NCBI GenBank assembly: GCA_963842525.1
Contig: CAWJGT010000004.1
Coordinates: forward strand, 32,001 to 96,000
Length of the DNA: 64,000 nt
DNA from: an uncultured Holophagales bacterium
Lineage (GTDB): Bacteria; Acidobacteriota; Thermoanaerobaculia; Multivoradales; UBA5704
Direction: 5' to 3'
A model generated the notes under the pieces. It made no database searches. It had not been told where the DNA came from and saw only the letters and a program-made list of their open reading frames with translations. The position numbers and the translations under genes are program-made. Shown here one piece after another: positions 53,052 through 62,461 of this stretch (positions within the stretch are counted from its first letter, which is position 1; every line of letters starts with the position of its first letter).

Positions 53052-54464
53052 ATGAGCGACCCCCGTACGAACGAGAGCCTGCCGGGCGGCGGCGTCACGC
53101 GGCGCAGGTTCCTGCGCGGCTGCGCGGCCCTGGGCATGACCTCGCTCGCCTCGACCGTCTTCGACCTGCGGCGCATCGCCGCCGCGGCGCCGCTCGCCGG
53201 CGACTACAAGGCGCTGGTCTGCCTCTTCCTCTACGGCGGCAACGACAGCAACAACCTCGTGGTGCCGCGCGGGCCCGAGTACCCCGCCTATGCGGCGGCG
53301 CGCGGCAACCTGGCGCTTCCGCAGGCATTGCTGCGGCCGATCACGCCGCTCGCCGGCGACGGCCGGCAGTGGGGCCTCCACCCGAGCCTGGCCGGTCTCC
53401 AGGGGCTCTTCGCGCAGCGGCGGATGGCCCTGCTCGCCAACGTCGGCCCGCTGGTGGCGCCGGTCACCCGCGGCGAGATCGAGGCCGGCACGGCCGACCT
53501 GCCGCCCCAGCTCTTTTCGCACAGCGACCAGACCGTGCACTGGCAGACGGGCATCCCCGACCAGCCGGCGCGCAGCGGCTGGGGGGGACGGACCGCCGAC
53601 CTCCTGAACGCCCTCAATAGCTCTCAGGGGGGCTCGCAAGTCTCGATGTCCATGTCGCTCGCCGGCAACAACACGTTCCAGATCGGCTCGGCGGTGACGC
53701 AATACCAGGTCTCGCCGGACGGCAGCATCGGCCTGGGCTGGTACTACGACGGCAACGACTGGAACCATCCGCCGTCGATCGCCATCCGGCGCCTGCTGGC
53801 GCGCAGCTATGGAAACCTGTTCGAGAAGGGCTACCGCGACGTCTTCCAGCGCGCCCTGGACCAGGACCGCCTCCTGTCGGGCGCCCTGGACACGGCGCCG
53901 GCTCTCAACACCGCCTTCCCGGATACGCACCTCGGCCGGCAGATGCGGACGATCGCGCGGCTGATCTCGGTCCGGGAGACGCTCGGGCTGCGCCGGCAGG
54001 TCTTCTTCTGCGCCGCCGACGGCTACGACACCCACGGCGGCCAGATCGGCGGCCAGCCCGAGATCGGGGCCCACGCCGACCTCCTGACCGAGCTCGACGG
54101 CGCCCTCACAGCCTTCTACAACGCCACCGTCGAGCTCAGCGTAGCGAGCAGCGTGACCACCTTCACGGCGTCAGATTTCGGCCGTACCTACGTGAGCAAC
54201 GGCGACGGCTCCGACCACGGCTGGGGTGCCAACCACCTGATCGTCGGAGGTGCCGTCGACGGCGGGCGGATCTACGGCGACATGCCGATTCTGACAGTGG
54301 ACGGTCCTGATGACGTGGGGGAGGGCCGCTGGATCCCCACCACCTCGGTCGACGAGTACAGCGCCACCCTCGCCAGTTGGCTCGGAGTGGCCGCGAGCGA
54401 CCTGCCGCTCGTCCTGCCCAACCTGGGCCGGTTTTCCAATCCGGATCTGGGGTTCATGGTCTGA
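53052..54464 (+). CDS. Tat-exported DUF1501 protein
   Basis: TRRRFL; CLFLYGGNDSNN; SDFGRT..NGDGSDHGWG. Confidence 0.92.
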   Translation: MSDPRTNESLPGGGVTRRRFLRGCAALGMTSLASTVFDLRRIAAAAPLAGDYKALVCLFLYGGNDSNNLVVPRGPEYPAYAAARGNLALPQALLRPITPLAGDGRQWGLHPSLAGLQGLFAQRRMALLANVGPLVAPVTRGEIEAGTADLPPQLFSHSDQTVHWQTGIPDQPARSGWGGRTADLLNALNSSQGGSQVSMSMSLAGNNTFQIGSAVTQYQVSPDGSIGLGWYYDGNDWNHPPSIAIRRLLARSYGNLFEKGYRDVFQRALDQDRLLSGALDTAPALNTAFPDTHLGRQMRTIARLISVRETLGLRRQVFFCAADGYDTHGGQIGGQPEIGAHADLLTELDGALTAFYNATVELSVASSVTTFTASDFGRTYVSNGDGSDHGWGANHLIVGGAVDGGRIYGDMPILTVDGPDDVGEGRWIPTTSVDEYSATLASWLGVAASDLPLVLPNLGRFSNPDLGFMV

Positions 54465-54483
54465 GGCCGGCCCGGCCGCGCGG

Positions 54484-54624
54484 CCCCTCACCCCCGACCC
54501 CTCTCCCACCCGCACTCCCTTCCCCCGGGAGAGGGGGGAAATGCACTGTCAGGAAACTCCTGGGTGGGGCTCCCCTCTCCCGGGCGGGTGTGAGTGCGGG
54601 TGGGAGAGGGGCTGGGGGTGAGGG
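54484..54624. repeat. REP cluster, CCCCTCTCCC family
   Basis: CCCTCACCCC...CCCTCTCCCA arms with inverted copy. Confidence 0.8.
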
Positions 54625-54633
54625 ACGACCAAA

Positions 54634-54670
54634 CGAAAAGCCCCGGCCTCTTGCGAGACCGGGGCTTTCG
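54634..54670. terminator. hairpin, putative intrinsic terminator
   Basis: AAAGCCCCGG...CCGGGGCTTT between convergent genes. Confidence 0.6.
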
Positions 54671-54959
54671 GGTCCGTTGTAGGTGGCGTTGGGATGGCCC
54701 CGCGTGTGGGGACGCGCCCTTCGGAAGCGCCTACGACGCTCGGAGGGAATCCCCTTACAGGGACGCCACCTCCATCAAACCGGGTTGGTAACTATCCACC
54801 GGATCACCTCCTTTCCAGGCGTGTCCCTCATCGGCGGGTCCCAACCCGCCCGGCTCCGTGGGCCGCCCGAAGCCTCTTGAGAGCCGCCGCGCAGCTCCCG
54901 ATCTTCGAGAGCCCGCGGACCGCGAGACGGCGTTAGTGTCGGGCATCCGGCGTCCCATG

Positions 54960-55682
54960 TCAACGAGCTTCCGCCGCCGCCTCGTCCCCCCTTTCCTTTT
55001 CCACCTGTCCTCGCCGTTGCAGCCGGATCGCCACGTTCCAGCAGAGCAGGGCCCAGCAGCCGCCCGCGGTCCAGCCGGCCAGCACGTCCGTCGGCCAGTG
55101 GACGCCCAGGTAGACGCGGGTCAGGCCGACCATCAGCGTGAGGAGGATGGCAAAGCCGAGCAGGTAGGCTTTCAGGCGCCGCCGTTTCTGGGCCCGCGCC
55201 AGCAGGGCACCCAGGGTCAGATAGGTGGCCGCCGCCGACGTGGAGTGCGCGCTGGGAAAGCTCGTCGTCACCACGCGGACCGCATGCGGCACCAGCATCG
55301 GCCGGGGGCGCTGGAACGCCTCCTTGAGCAGGAAGCCGGTGCCGATCCCGCCGCCGACGGCCAATAGAAGGAGGAGGGCCAGCCGCGCCTTGTGGTCCAG
55401 CACCAGGAACCCGGCGACCGCCAGGGTCAGGATCGACAAGACCACCGTGCTGCCCAGGGCCGTGATGTCGCGCGCCGCCACCTCCACCCACTGCGGACCG
55501 AGCGGGTCGGCCGGGTTGCCCCGCTCGCGCAGGGCGAGCATCAGGGACCGGTCGAACACGTTCGTCTCCCCCTCCCGCACCTCGCCGGCCAGCGCCAGGA
55601 GGCCCCAGATCCCGCCGGCCAGCAGGATCAGGAGGAGCAGGGGGCCGAGCTCACGGCGGGCGAGAAGGGTCCACGGCTTCAT
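54960..55682 (-). CDS. PAP2 family phosphatase
   Basis: KEAFQRPRP, SFPSAH, TRVYLGVHWPTDV. Confidence 0.92.
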   Translation of the reverse strand: MKPWTLLARRELGPLLLLILLAGGIWGLLALAGEVREGETNVFDRSLMLALRERGNPADPLGPQWVEVAARDITALGSTVVLSILTLAVAGFLVLDHKARLALLLLLAVGGGIGTGFLLKEAFQRPRPMLVPHAVRVVTTSFPSAHSTSAAATYLTLGALLARAQKRRRLKAYLLGFAILLTLMVGLTRVYLGVHWPTDVLAGWTAGGCWALLCWNVAIRLQRRGQVEKERGDEAAAEAR

Positions 55683-55809
55683 GGCGGCAGGTTGTTTGCA
55701 AGCTTCGCACCGGGCAAGCTCCACCGGAGCCATGGAACGGTGGCTGTGGTACCCTTCCGCTGCCTCAAACCGGCCGCAAGCAAAGACATTTTTTCTACCT
55801 GGAGGGTGG

Positions 55810-56760
55810 ATGAAGAAGATCGGAATCCTGTTCGGCCAGGAGGACACGTTCCCCTGGGCCCTCGTCGACCGGATCAACCGCAAGGACGTGGACGGCATCA
55901 CCGCCGAGCCGGTGCGCATCGACAAGGTCGTCCAGGGAGAGCCCACCGACTATGCGGTTGTCTTCGACCGCATCTCCCAGGACGTGCCCTTCTACCGCGC
56001 CTGGCTCAAGAACGCGGCCCTGAACGGCACGGCCGTCGTCAACAACCCCTTCTGGTGGAGCGCCGACGAGAAGTTCTTCAACAACTGTCTGGCGACCAAG
56101 CTCGGCGTGGCCGTGCCCAAGACCGTGCTGCTCCCCTCGTACGAGCGTCCGCCGGACACCGGCGAGAATTCGTTCCGCAACCTGGCCTATCCGCTGGACT
56201 GGGAAGGTATTTTCGACTACATCGGCTGGCCGGCCTTCTTCAAGCCGTTCGCCGGCGGCGGCTGGAAGAACGTCTACAAACTGCACGACCCCGAGGAGTT
56301 CTTCCGCGTCTATAGCGAGACCGGCGAGCTCGTGATGATGCTCCAGGAGGAGATCGACTTCACCGAGTACTTCCGGTGCTATTCCGTCGACTGCCGCGAC
56401 GTGAAGATCATGCAGTACGATCCCCGCGCCTATTTCCACCAGCGGTATGTGCGCGACGGGCCGCCGGTGCGGCAGGAGCTGCTCGACCGCATGCACGAGG
56501 ACGTGCTCAAGCTCAATCGCGGCCTGGGATACGACTTCAACACCGTCGAGCTGGCGGTGCGCGACGGCATACCCTACGCGATCGACTTCTGCAATCCGGC
56601 GCCGGACGCGGACGTCAAGTCGGTGGGCGAGGACAACTTCGAGTGGGTCGTCGAGACGGTGGCCAACATGGCGATCCGCAAGGCGCAGGCCTACGTCGAA
56701 GGGCAGAACAACCTGACCTGGGGCGAGTTCGTGCGCTCCTACGCGGCGGACGTGCGCTAA
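55810..56760 (+). CDS. RimK-like ATP-grasp protein
   Basis: NNPFWWSADEKF, KPFAGGGWKNV, IDFCNPAPD. Confidence 0.85.
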   Translation: MKKIGILFGQEDTFPWALVDRINRKDVDGITAEPVRIDKVVQGEPTDYAVVFDRISQDVPFYRAWLKNAALNGTAVVNNPFWWSADEKFFNNCLATKLGVAVPKTVLLPSYERPPDTGENSFRNLAYPLDWEGIFDYIGWPAFFKPFAGGGWKNVYKLHDPEEFFRVYSETGELVMMLQEEIDFTEYFRCYSVDCRDVKIMQYDPRAYFHQRYVRDGPPVRQELLDRMHEDVLKLNRGLGYDFNTVELAVRDGIPYAIDFCNPAPDADVKSVGEDNFEWVVETVANMAIRKAQAYVEGQNNLTWGEFVRSYAADVR

Positions 56761-56777
56761 ACGCGGGAGGGGAGTCC

Positions 56778-57887
56778 ATGGCGCAGGCGAAGCTGTTCAC
56801 CCTGGGGATCGAGGAAGAGTTTCAGCTCATCGATCCGGAGACCCGCGACCTGCGGTCCCACATCCACCAGCTCCTCGAAGCCGGCCAGATGAAGGACGAG
56901 ATCAAGGCCGAGCTCCACCAGTCGGTCATCGAGGTGGGCACCCCCATCTGCCAGGATATCCACGAGGCCCGCCGCGAGGTGGTGCGCCTGCGCAGCGGCC
57001 TCGCCAACCTGGTGCGGCAGAACGGCCTGACCATCGCCGCCGCCGGCACCCACCCCTTCGCCCGCTGGCAGGACCAGCTCATCACGCCCCACCCGCGCTA
57101 CGCCGAGATCATCGAAGACCTGCAGCAGGTGGCGCGGGCCAACCTCATCTTCGGCCTGCACGTCCACGTCGGCATCGACGATCGCGAGGTGGCGGTCCAC
57201 ATCATGAACGCCGCCCGGTACTTCCTGCCGCACATCTTCGCCCTGTCGACCAACTCCCCCTTCTGGGAAGGCCGCAACACGGGCCTCAAGTCCTATCGCA
57301 GCAAGATCTTCGACCGCTTCCCGCGCACCGGCATCCCCGACCACTTCGTGAGCCTGGCGGAGTACGACAATTACATCAAGTTGTTGATCAAGACCCGGTG
57401 CATCGACAACGCCAAGAAGATCTGGTGGGACATCCGGATGCACCCGTTCTTCGACACCCTCGAGTTCCGCATCTGTGACGTGCCGATGCGGATCGAGGAG
57501 ACCTTGACGCTCGCGGCGCTTTGCCAGGCCGTGACCGCCAAGCTCTACAAGCTGATCAAGAAGAACCTCGGCTTCCGGCTCTACCGCCGGATCCTGATCA
57601 ACGAGAACAAGTGGCGCGCCGCGCGCTACGGCATCTCGGGCAAGCTGATCGACTACGGCAAGCAGGAGGAGGTCGATTGCGTAGCCCTGCTCAACGAGCT
57701 GCTGGAGTTCATCGACGACGTGGTCGACGAGCTGGGGAGCCGCGAGGCGCTCTCCTATGTCCACGAAATCGTCCGTGGCGGCACCGGCGCAGACCGCCAG
57801 ATCGCGGTCTGGAACCAGACGAACGAGATCAAGACCGTGGTCGACTACATCGTGTCCGAGACCCATCGTGGCCTGGAGCTTGCTTAG
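56778..57887 (+). CDS. ybdK: carboxylate-amine ligase (glutamate-cysteine ligase family 2)
   Basis: TLGIEEEFQ, FGLHVHVG, WWDIR, TLEFRICD, ENKWRAARYG. Confidence 0.92.
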   Translation: MAQAKLFTLGIEEEFQLIDPETRDLRSHIHQLLEAGQMKDEIKAELHQSVIEVGTPICQDIHEARREVVRLRSGLANLVRQNGLTIAAAGTHPFARWQDQLITPHPRYAEIIEDLQQVARANLIFGLHVHVGIDDREVAVHIMNAARYFLPHIFALSTNSPFWEGRNTGLKSYRSKIFDRFPRTGIPDHFVSLAEYDNYIKLLIKTRCIDNAKKIWWDIRMHPFFDTLEFRICDVPMRIEETLTLAALCQAVTAKLYKLIKKNLGFRLYRRILINENKWRAARYGISGKLIDYGKQEEVDCVALLNELLEFIDDVVDELGSREALSYVHEIVRGGTGADRQIAVWNQTNEIKTVVDYIVSETHRGLELA

Positions 57888-57950
57888 GAGGTGAGGACCA
57901 GGGTGGGGGAGCGAGGGGACTCGTAGTAGAATGATGACAAGGAGCTCCTG

Positions 57951-58958
57951 ATGACCGAGACGACCTACAGCCCGGAGCTCGCTCCCGGGGCATACAACGC
58001 GATCCATACGTGCCTGCGGCTGCAGCCGGCGGAGAGGATCACCCTCATCACCGACCGCGAGACCCTGGACATCGCCTCCGCCCTGGTACGCGAGGTGGAG
58101 ACGGTGGGCTCCGAGTACAGCCTCTTCGTGATGGAGGACTACGCGCCGCGCCCCCTCGCCGGCATGCCGCGGCCCATCCTGGAAGACCTGGCCCGCTCGC
58201 AGGTGAGCGTCTTTGCCGCCCAGGCGCTGACCGGCGAGCTGCGCTCGCGCATCGACATGTGCGAGGTCGTCAACCGCCACGGCATCCGCCACGGCCACAT
58301 GGTCAACATCAGCCGGCACATCATGATGGAAGGGATGCGGGCCGACTTCGAGGAGGTCGACCGCCTGAGCTCGCGGCTGATCGCCAAGGCGCGGGCGGCC
58401 CGTGAGATCCGGGTGACCTCGCCAGGCGGCACAGACATCGTCGCCACCTTCGAGCCGCACCTCAAGTGGATCAAGACGAGCGGCATCATCACCCCCGACA
58501 AATGGGGCAACCTCCCGGGCGGCGAGATCTTCACCGCTCCCGGCAACGTCGAGGGCCGCTTCGTCGTCGACGGCGTGGTGGGGGACTACCTCTGCCGCAA
58601 GTACGGCGACATCAAGGACACGCCGCTCACCATCGACATCCGGAACAACCGGATTGCCGGCCTCGCCTGCGACGACGAAGAGCTGTTGGAGGAGTTCCGG
58701 CTCTACACCTCGACCGACGAGAACAGCAACCGCGTCGGCGAGTTCGCCATCGGCACCAACATCGCCATCGCCGACGTCTGCGGCAACATCCTGCAGGACG
58801 AGAAGATCCCGGGCATCCACATTGCCTTCGGCCACCCCTACGCCGAGCACACCGGCGCCGACTGGATCTCGACCACGCACATCGACTGCGTCGGCCGCGA
58901 CGCCGACATCTGGATCGACGGCGACCCCGTGATGCGCCAGGGGCGGTTCCTGATCTAG
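57951..58958 (+). CDS. aminopeptidase, M29-like
   Basis: NLPGGEIF, GEFAIGTN, DEK..GIHIAFG, HID. Confidence 0.88.
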   Translation: MTETTYSPELAPGAYNAIHTCLRLQPAERITLITDRETLDIASALVREVETVGSEYSLFVMEDYAPRPLAGMPRPILEDLARSQVSVFAAQALTGELRSRIDMCEVVNRHGIRHGHMVNISRHIMMEGMRADFEEVDRLSSRLIAKARAAREIRVTSPGGTDIVATFEPHLKWIKTSGIITPDKWGNLPGGEIFTAPGNVEGRFVVDGVVGDYLCRKYGDIKDTPLTIDIRNNRIAGLACDDEELLEEFRLYTSTDENSNRVGEFAIGTNIAIADVCGNILQDEKIPGIHIAFGHPYAEHTGADWISTTHIDCVGRDADIWIDGDPVMRQGRFLI

Positions 58959-58973
58959 CCCCCTCCCGAAGAA

Positions 58974-59139
58974 CCTCACCCCCTGTCCCCCTCTCCCATC
59001 GCACTCCCCCCGACCGGGAGAGGGGGGACGTAGATGAGGCTTCAGGGACAAGGTTGCGGGCTCGCGGAAACGGCTCCAACCACGTCCCCCCTCTCCCGGT
59101 GGAAGGGGGGGCGATGGGAGAGGGGGACAGGGGGTGAGG
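58974..59139. repeat. paired REP elements, CCCCTCTCCC family
   Basis: two inverted copies of the 8521-type element. Confidence 0.88.
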
Positions 59140-59173
59140 TTTCCGGGCGGTCGGTGATACGCTTCGCCCGCCC

Positions 59174-60364
59174 ATGAACCCGGACCTTCGACGCGCCTAC
59201 AACGCGAGCTTCACCCCGGAGCGCTACGATCGCCTCCAGAGCTGGCTGGAGGCCCAGGTCGACCACCCGGTCGACTTCCGCATCTCCGAGACGCCGCTGT
59301 TCCTCACCGAGGAGCTGACCCGCGAGCTGGCGCAGGCCGCGCAGGAGATCGCGGAGACGGTGACCTCGCCGTCCTACCTGGCGCAGGCGGACCGGTCGAT
59401 CCCTCCCGGGCTCGCCGTCCCGAACGAGAACGCCCATACCACCTTCCTTCAGGTCGACTTCGCCATCGCCCACGGTGACGACGGCCGGCTCATCCCCCAG
59501 CTCATCGAGCTTCAGGGCTTCCCGTCGCTCTACGGTTTCCAGTGGCTCCTCGACCAGGGCTTCCGCGAGGCTTTCGACATCCCGGCGGGGCTCACCTGCT
59601 ACTTCGACGGCCTGGACGAGCTCTCCTATATCGAGACCTTGCGCGACATCGTCGTGGGGGACGCCGATCCGGAGACCGTGGTCCTGCTGGAGATCGAGCC
59701 CGAGAAGCAGAAGACGCGGGCGGACTTCTGCGTCACCGAAAGCCTCCTCGGCGTGCCGGCCCTGGACCTCTCCGAAGTGGTCGAACGCAACGGCCGCCTG
59801 TTCTACGAGAGGGACGGCCGTGAGGTCCCCATCCGCCGCATCTACAACCGGGTGATCTTCGACGAGCTGGCGCGCAAGGGCCTGCCGGTCGACCTCTTCC
59901 AGCGCGACCTGGACGTCGAATGGGTGGGGCACCCGAACTGGTATTTCAAGATCAGCAAGTTCTCCCTGCCGTTCCTGAAGAGCCGCTACGCTCCACCCGC
60001 CTGGTTTCTGAGCGACCTGAACGAGCTTCCCGCGGACCTGGAGAGCTACGTCCTCAAGCCCCTCTACTCCTTCGCCGGCCTGGGCGTCGAGCTGGGCCCG
60101 AGCGCGGAGCGTCTGCGTGGCATCGCCGACCCCGAGAACTACGTCCTCCAGCGCCGGATCGAATACGCCCCCTGCGTTGAAACGCCCGACGTCCCCGCCA
60201 AGGCCGAGGTCCGGATGATGTTCGTCTGGAAGGACCGCCTGCGGCTGATCAACAACCTCGTCCGCATGAGCAAGGGCAAGATGATGGGCGTCGACTTCAA
60301 CAAGGAACGCACCTGGGTCGGGGCCAGCCTGGCCTACCACCCGGGAGCAGAGGGGCCGGGGTGA
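59174..60364 (+). CDS. circularly permuted ATP-grasp / glutathionylspermidine-synthase-like protein
   Basis: QVDF...LIELQGFPS, RIYNRVIFDE, VLKPLYSFAG, VLQRRIEY. Confidence 0.7.
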   Translation: MNPDLRRAYNASFTPERYDRLQSWLEAQVDHPVDFRISETPLFLTEELTRELAQAAQEIAETVTSPSYLAQADRSIPPGLAVPNENAHTTFLQVDFAIAHGDDGRLIPQLIELQGFPSLYGFQWLLDQGFREAFDIPAGLTCYFDGLDELSYIETLRDIVVGDADPETVVLLEIEPEKQKTRADFCVTESLLGVPALDLSEVVERNGRLFYERDGREVPIRRIYNRVIFDELARKGLPVDLFQRDLDVEWVGHPNWYFKISKFSLPFLKSRYAPPAWFLSDLNELPADLESYVLKPLYSFAGLGVELGPSAERLRGIADPENYVLQRRIEYAPCVETPDVPAKAEVRMMFVWKDRLRLINNLVRMSKGKMMGVDFNKERTWVGASLAYHPGAEGPG

Positions 60365-60549
60365 GGGAGGCTGCTCAACGGCGTGGCCTTGCCGTGACAG
60401 GACTGCTCGGGCTTCTCTCCTATGCCGCAAGCGAGGGCCTACTTGACCTGACGGATGCCGTAGAGAGGCTCCGCAAGACGAATTTCCGCGTCGAGCGGAA
60501 GTTGCTCAAACTTCTTTCGGAAGGGATCAAGGATCCACCCTGGCGTTGA
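60361..60549 (+). pseudogene. C-terminal fragment of DUF3368 PIN-like protein
   Basis: REAAQRRGLAVTGLLGLL..AASEGLLD..RLRKTNFR; N-terminal half absent. Confidence 0.6.
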
Positions 60550-60672
60550 CACCCCGGCTGTAGAAAGAGCGGTGCTGGAACTCGCCTGAATTTCTGCCAC
60601 AGGCTATGGCAGAAACAGACAAGCCGCCCCTGAGCGGTCCATTTCTCGCACGGGCTGTGCGAGAAAATCAGG

Positions 60673-61611
60673 TCACTGGTTCTCCCGCCCCCGCTGCCAC
60701 TCTTCGAACATCTCGTGGGCGTTGCGAATGAAGCCGCGAAAGCGGGGTCTCCAGCCGAGGACTTTCTCGGACCGGGGGGAGAGCACGACCTGGTCCATGA
60801 CGACCGCGTCGGCCACTGGGCCCATCTTTTCCCTGGCCTTCTCGAGCGGCAGGCTGCGGATGGTGCCCTTGGCCCCGGCGGCGAGGCTGACCGCGTGGAC
60901 GATTTCGCCGACCCGCTCGGCGCAGCCGTCGGTGGCGTGGAAGATGCGCTCTTCGGGCGGTGCGCCGGTGAGGACTGGCCGCCCGAGGTCGATGAGGCGG
61001 CGGTAGAGGTCGGCCAGGTCGTCGACGTGGACGCAGGACCAGTGGTTTGCACCGTCTCCCACGAGGGTCGGCGCGCCATGCTCGACCGCCGCGGCGAAGA
61101 AGTCTCCGAAGAAGCTGCCTGCGCCGCCGTAGACCATGCCGGGACGGACCACCGCGGTCCGCAGGTGCTCGTCCTCGGCTTCGAGGGCGATGCGCTCGTG
61201 GCTGGGCCGCCAGGCCACCGCGGCGGGGGCGTTTTCGGTGGAGGCAGTCTCGTCGACGGTGTGGCCGCCGGTGGGGCCGAGGACCCAGAGGCCCGAGGTA
61301 TAGATGAGGACGCGCGGCCCCTGGTCTCGCGCCGCGCCGATCAGGCCGTCCAGTGCTTGCCGGTCACGAGCCTGGTGCTTGGGGCCGTACTCGGCCGCGG
61401 TGTGGATGAGTCCTTCGCAGGAGACCGCCGCCTCGTGATAGCTCTCGGGAGTCTTGAGGTCCCCGATCACCCACTCGGCCCCCTCGATCCGCAGCCGGTC
61501 CGCCTTCTCCTGTGAACGGGCCAGCCCGACCGGATGATGCCCCGCCCGGTGCAGCGCCCGCATCAGGGCCGATCCGATGTATCCCGTGGCTCCGGTGACG
61601 AAGACTCTCAT
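60673..61611 (-). CDS. NAD-dependent epimerase/dehydratase family protein
   Basis: VFVTGATGYIG, RPGMVYG, VHVDDLA. Confidence 0.92.
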   Translation of the reverse strand: MRVFVTGATGYIGSALMRALHRAGHHPVGLARSQEKADRLRIEGAEWVIGDLKTPESYHEAAVSCEGLIHTAAEYGPKHQARDRQALDGLIGAARDQGPRVLIYTSGLWVLGPTGGHTVDETASTENAPAAVAWRPSHERIALEAEDEHLRTAVVRPGMVYGGAGSFFGDFFAAAVEHGAPTLVGDGANHWSCVHVDDLADLYRRLIDLGRPVLTGAPPEERIFHATDGCAERVGEIVHAVSLAAGAKGTIRSLPLEKAREKMGPVADAVVMDQVVLSPRSEKVLGWRPRFRGFIRNAHEMFEEWQRGRENQ

Positions 61612-61648
61612 CGTGTTACCCCCTTGCCCCTTCCTGTCGGGCACCACA

Positions 61649-62413
61649 TTATGGCGAAACACGAGACAGACGCTCGCCGAGCCGGCGGATCTGCTTCTCG
61701 CCGAGCCTCATGCCTGCGAACCAGACCCTGGGATACCCGTCGAGACGTGGTCGAAGAGTCTGAAGCTGTCGCCGCGTCGGCACCGTCGAGCCGTGGAGAT
61801 GGACGCTTTGCGGTGCCTCCACGATCTCGCCCTGGAGCGCGCCTGCGAGCTCACGGAGCCGCTTCTCCTCGATGCCATAGCGCGTGTAGTCCCGAGAGCC
61901 CCAGAAGCTCGCCGGGTCCGCGAAGCGCGAACGCATCGGCTTTGCCCGGATACCGCACAACCCGGCCAGCCACAGCTTCCAGTGCAATCTGGCGCGATAC
62001 AGGTGCAACGCCTTGCCGGATTGGAGGAAGAAACGCATGTTGGCAACCTCGTCGAGGGTCGGTAGAGAGTCAAGATCCCGCGGGAAGACGTAGTCGGTGG
62101 CCCCCGACCAGATCGGCTCGAAACGCCAGAGCACCCCGTTCCGCCCCATGGACGGCGGTCGATCGATGAGACGGAGAGCCTGCAATTCTGCCAGCCGCTC
62201 GATGGGCTTCAGCAGCGGCAGAGGCACGGACTCGCGATGGATATAGACAACGACCTCGGCGTCCGGCATTAGCAATGTCCATGCTTTCGAGACCATCTCG
62301 ACGCCGCGGGCGTAGGCGGCGACGCCGCGATTTCTCCAGTCGGTCGCGCCTCCGAAGAGCGAATAGGAAATCGTGATCCTGCCGGGCCGGCCCTCTGCCT
62401 GTGGCTCGCTCAT
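61649..62413 (-). CDS. hypothetical glycosyltransferase-like protein
   Basis: ISYSLFG start, LWRF, RDLDS DxD-like motif. Confidence 0.6.
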   Translation of the reverse strand: MSEPQAEGRPGRITISYSLFGGATDWRNRGVAAYARGVEMVSKAWTLLMPDAEVVVYIHRESVPLPLLKPIERLAELQALRLIDRPPSMGRNGVLWRFEPIWSGATDYVFPRDLDSLPTLDEVANMRFFLQSGKALHLYRARLHWKLWLAGLCGIRAKPMRSRFADPASFWGSRDYTRYGIEEKRLRELAGALQGEIVEAPQSVHLHGSTVPTRRQLQTLRPRLDGYPRVWFAGMRLGEKQIRRLGERLSRVSP

Positions 62414-62461
62414 GTTCGTGAGGCCTCATCGTATAGGCTGCAAACACGGGAGCCGGGAAGC

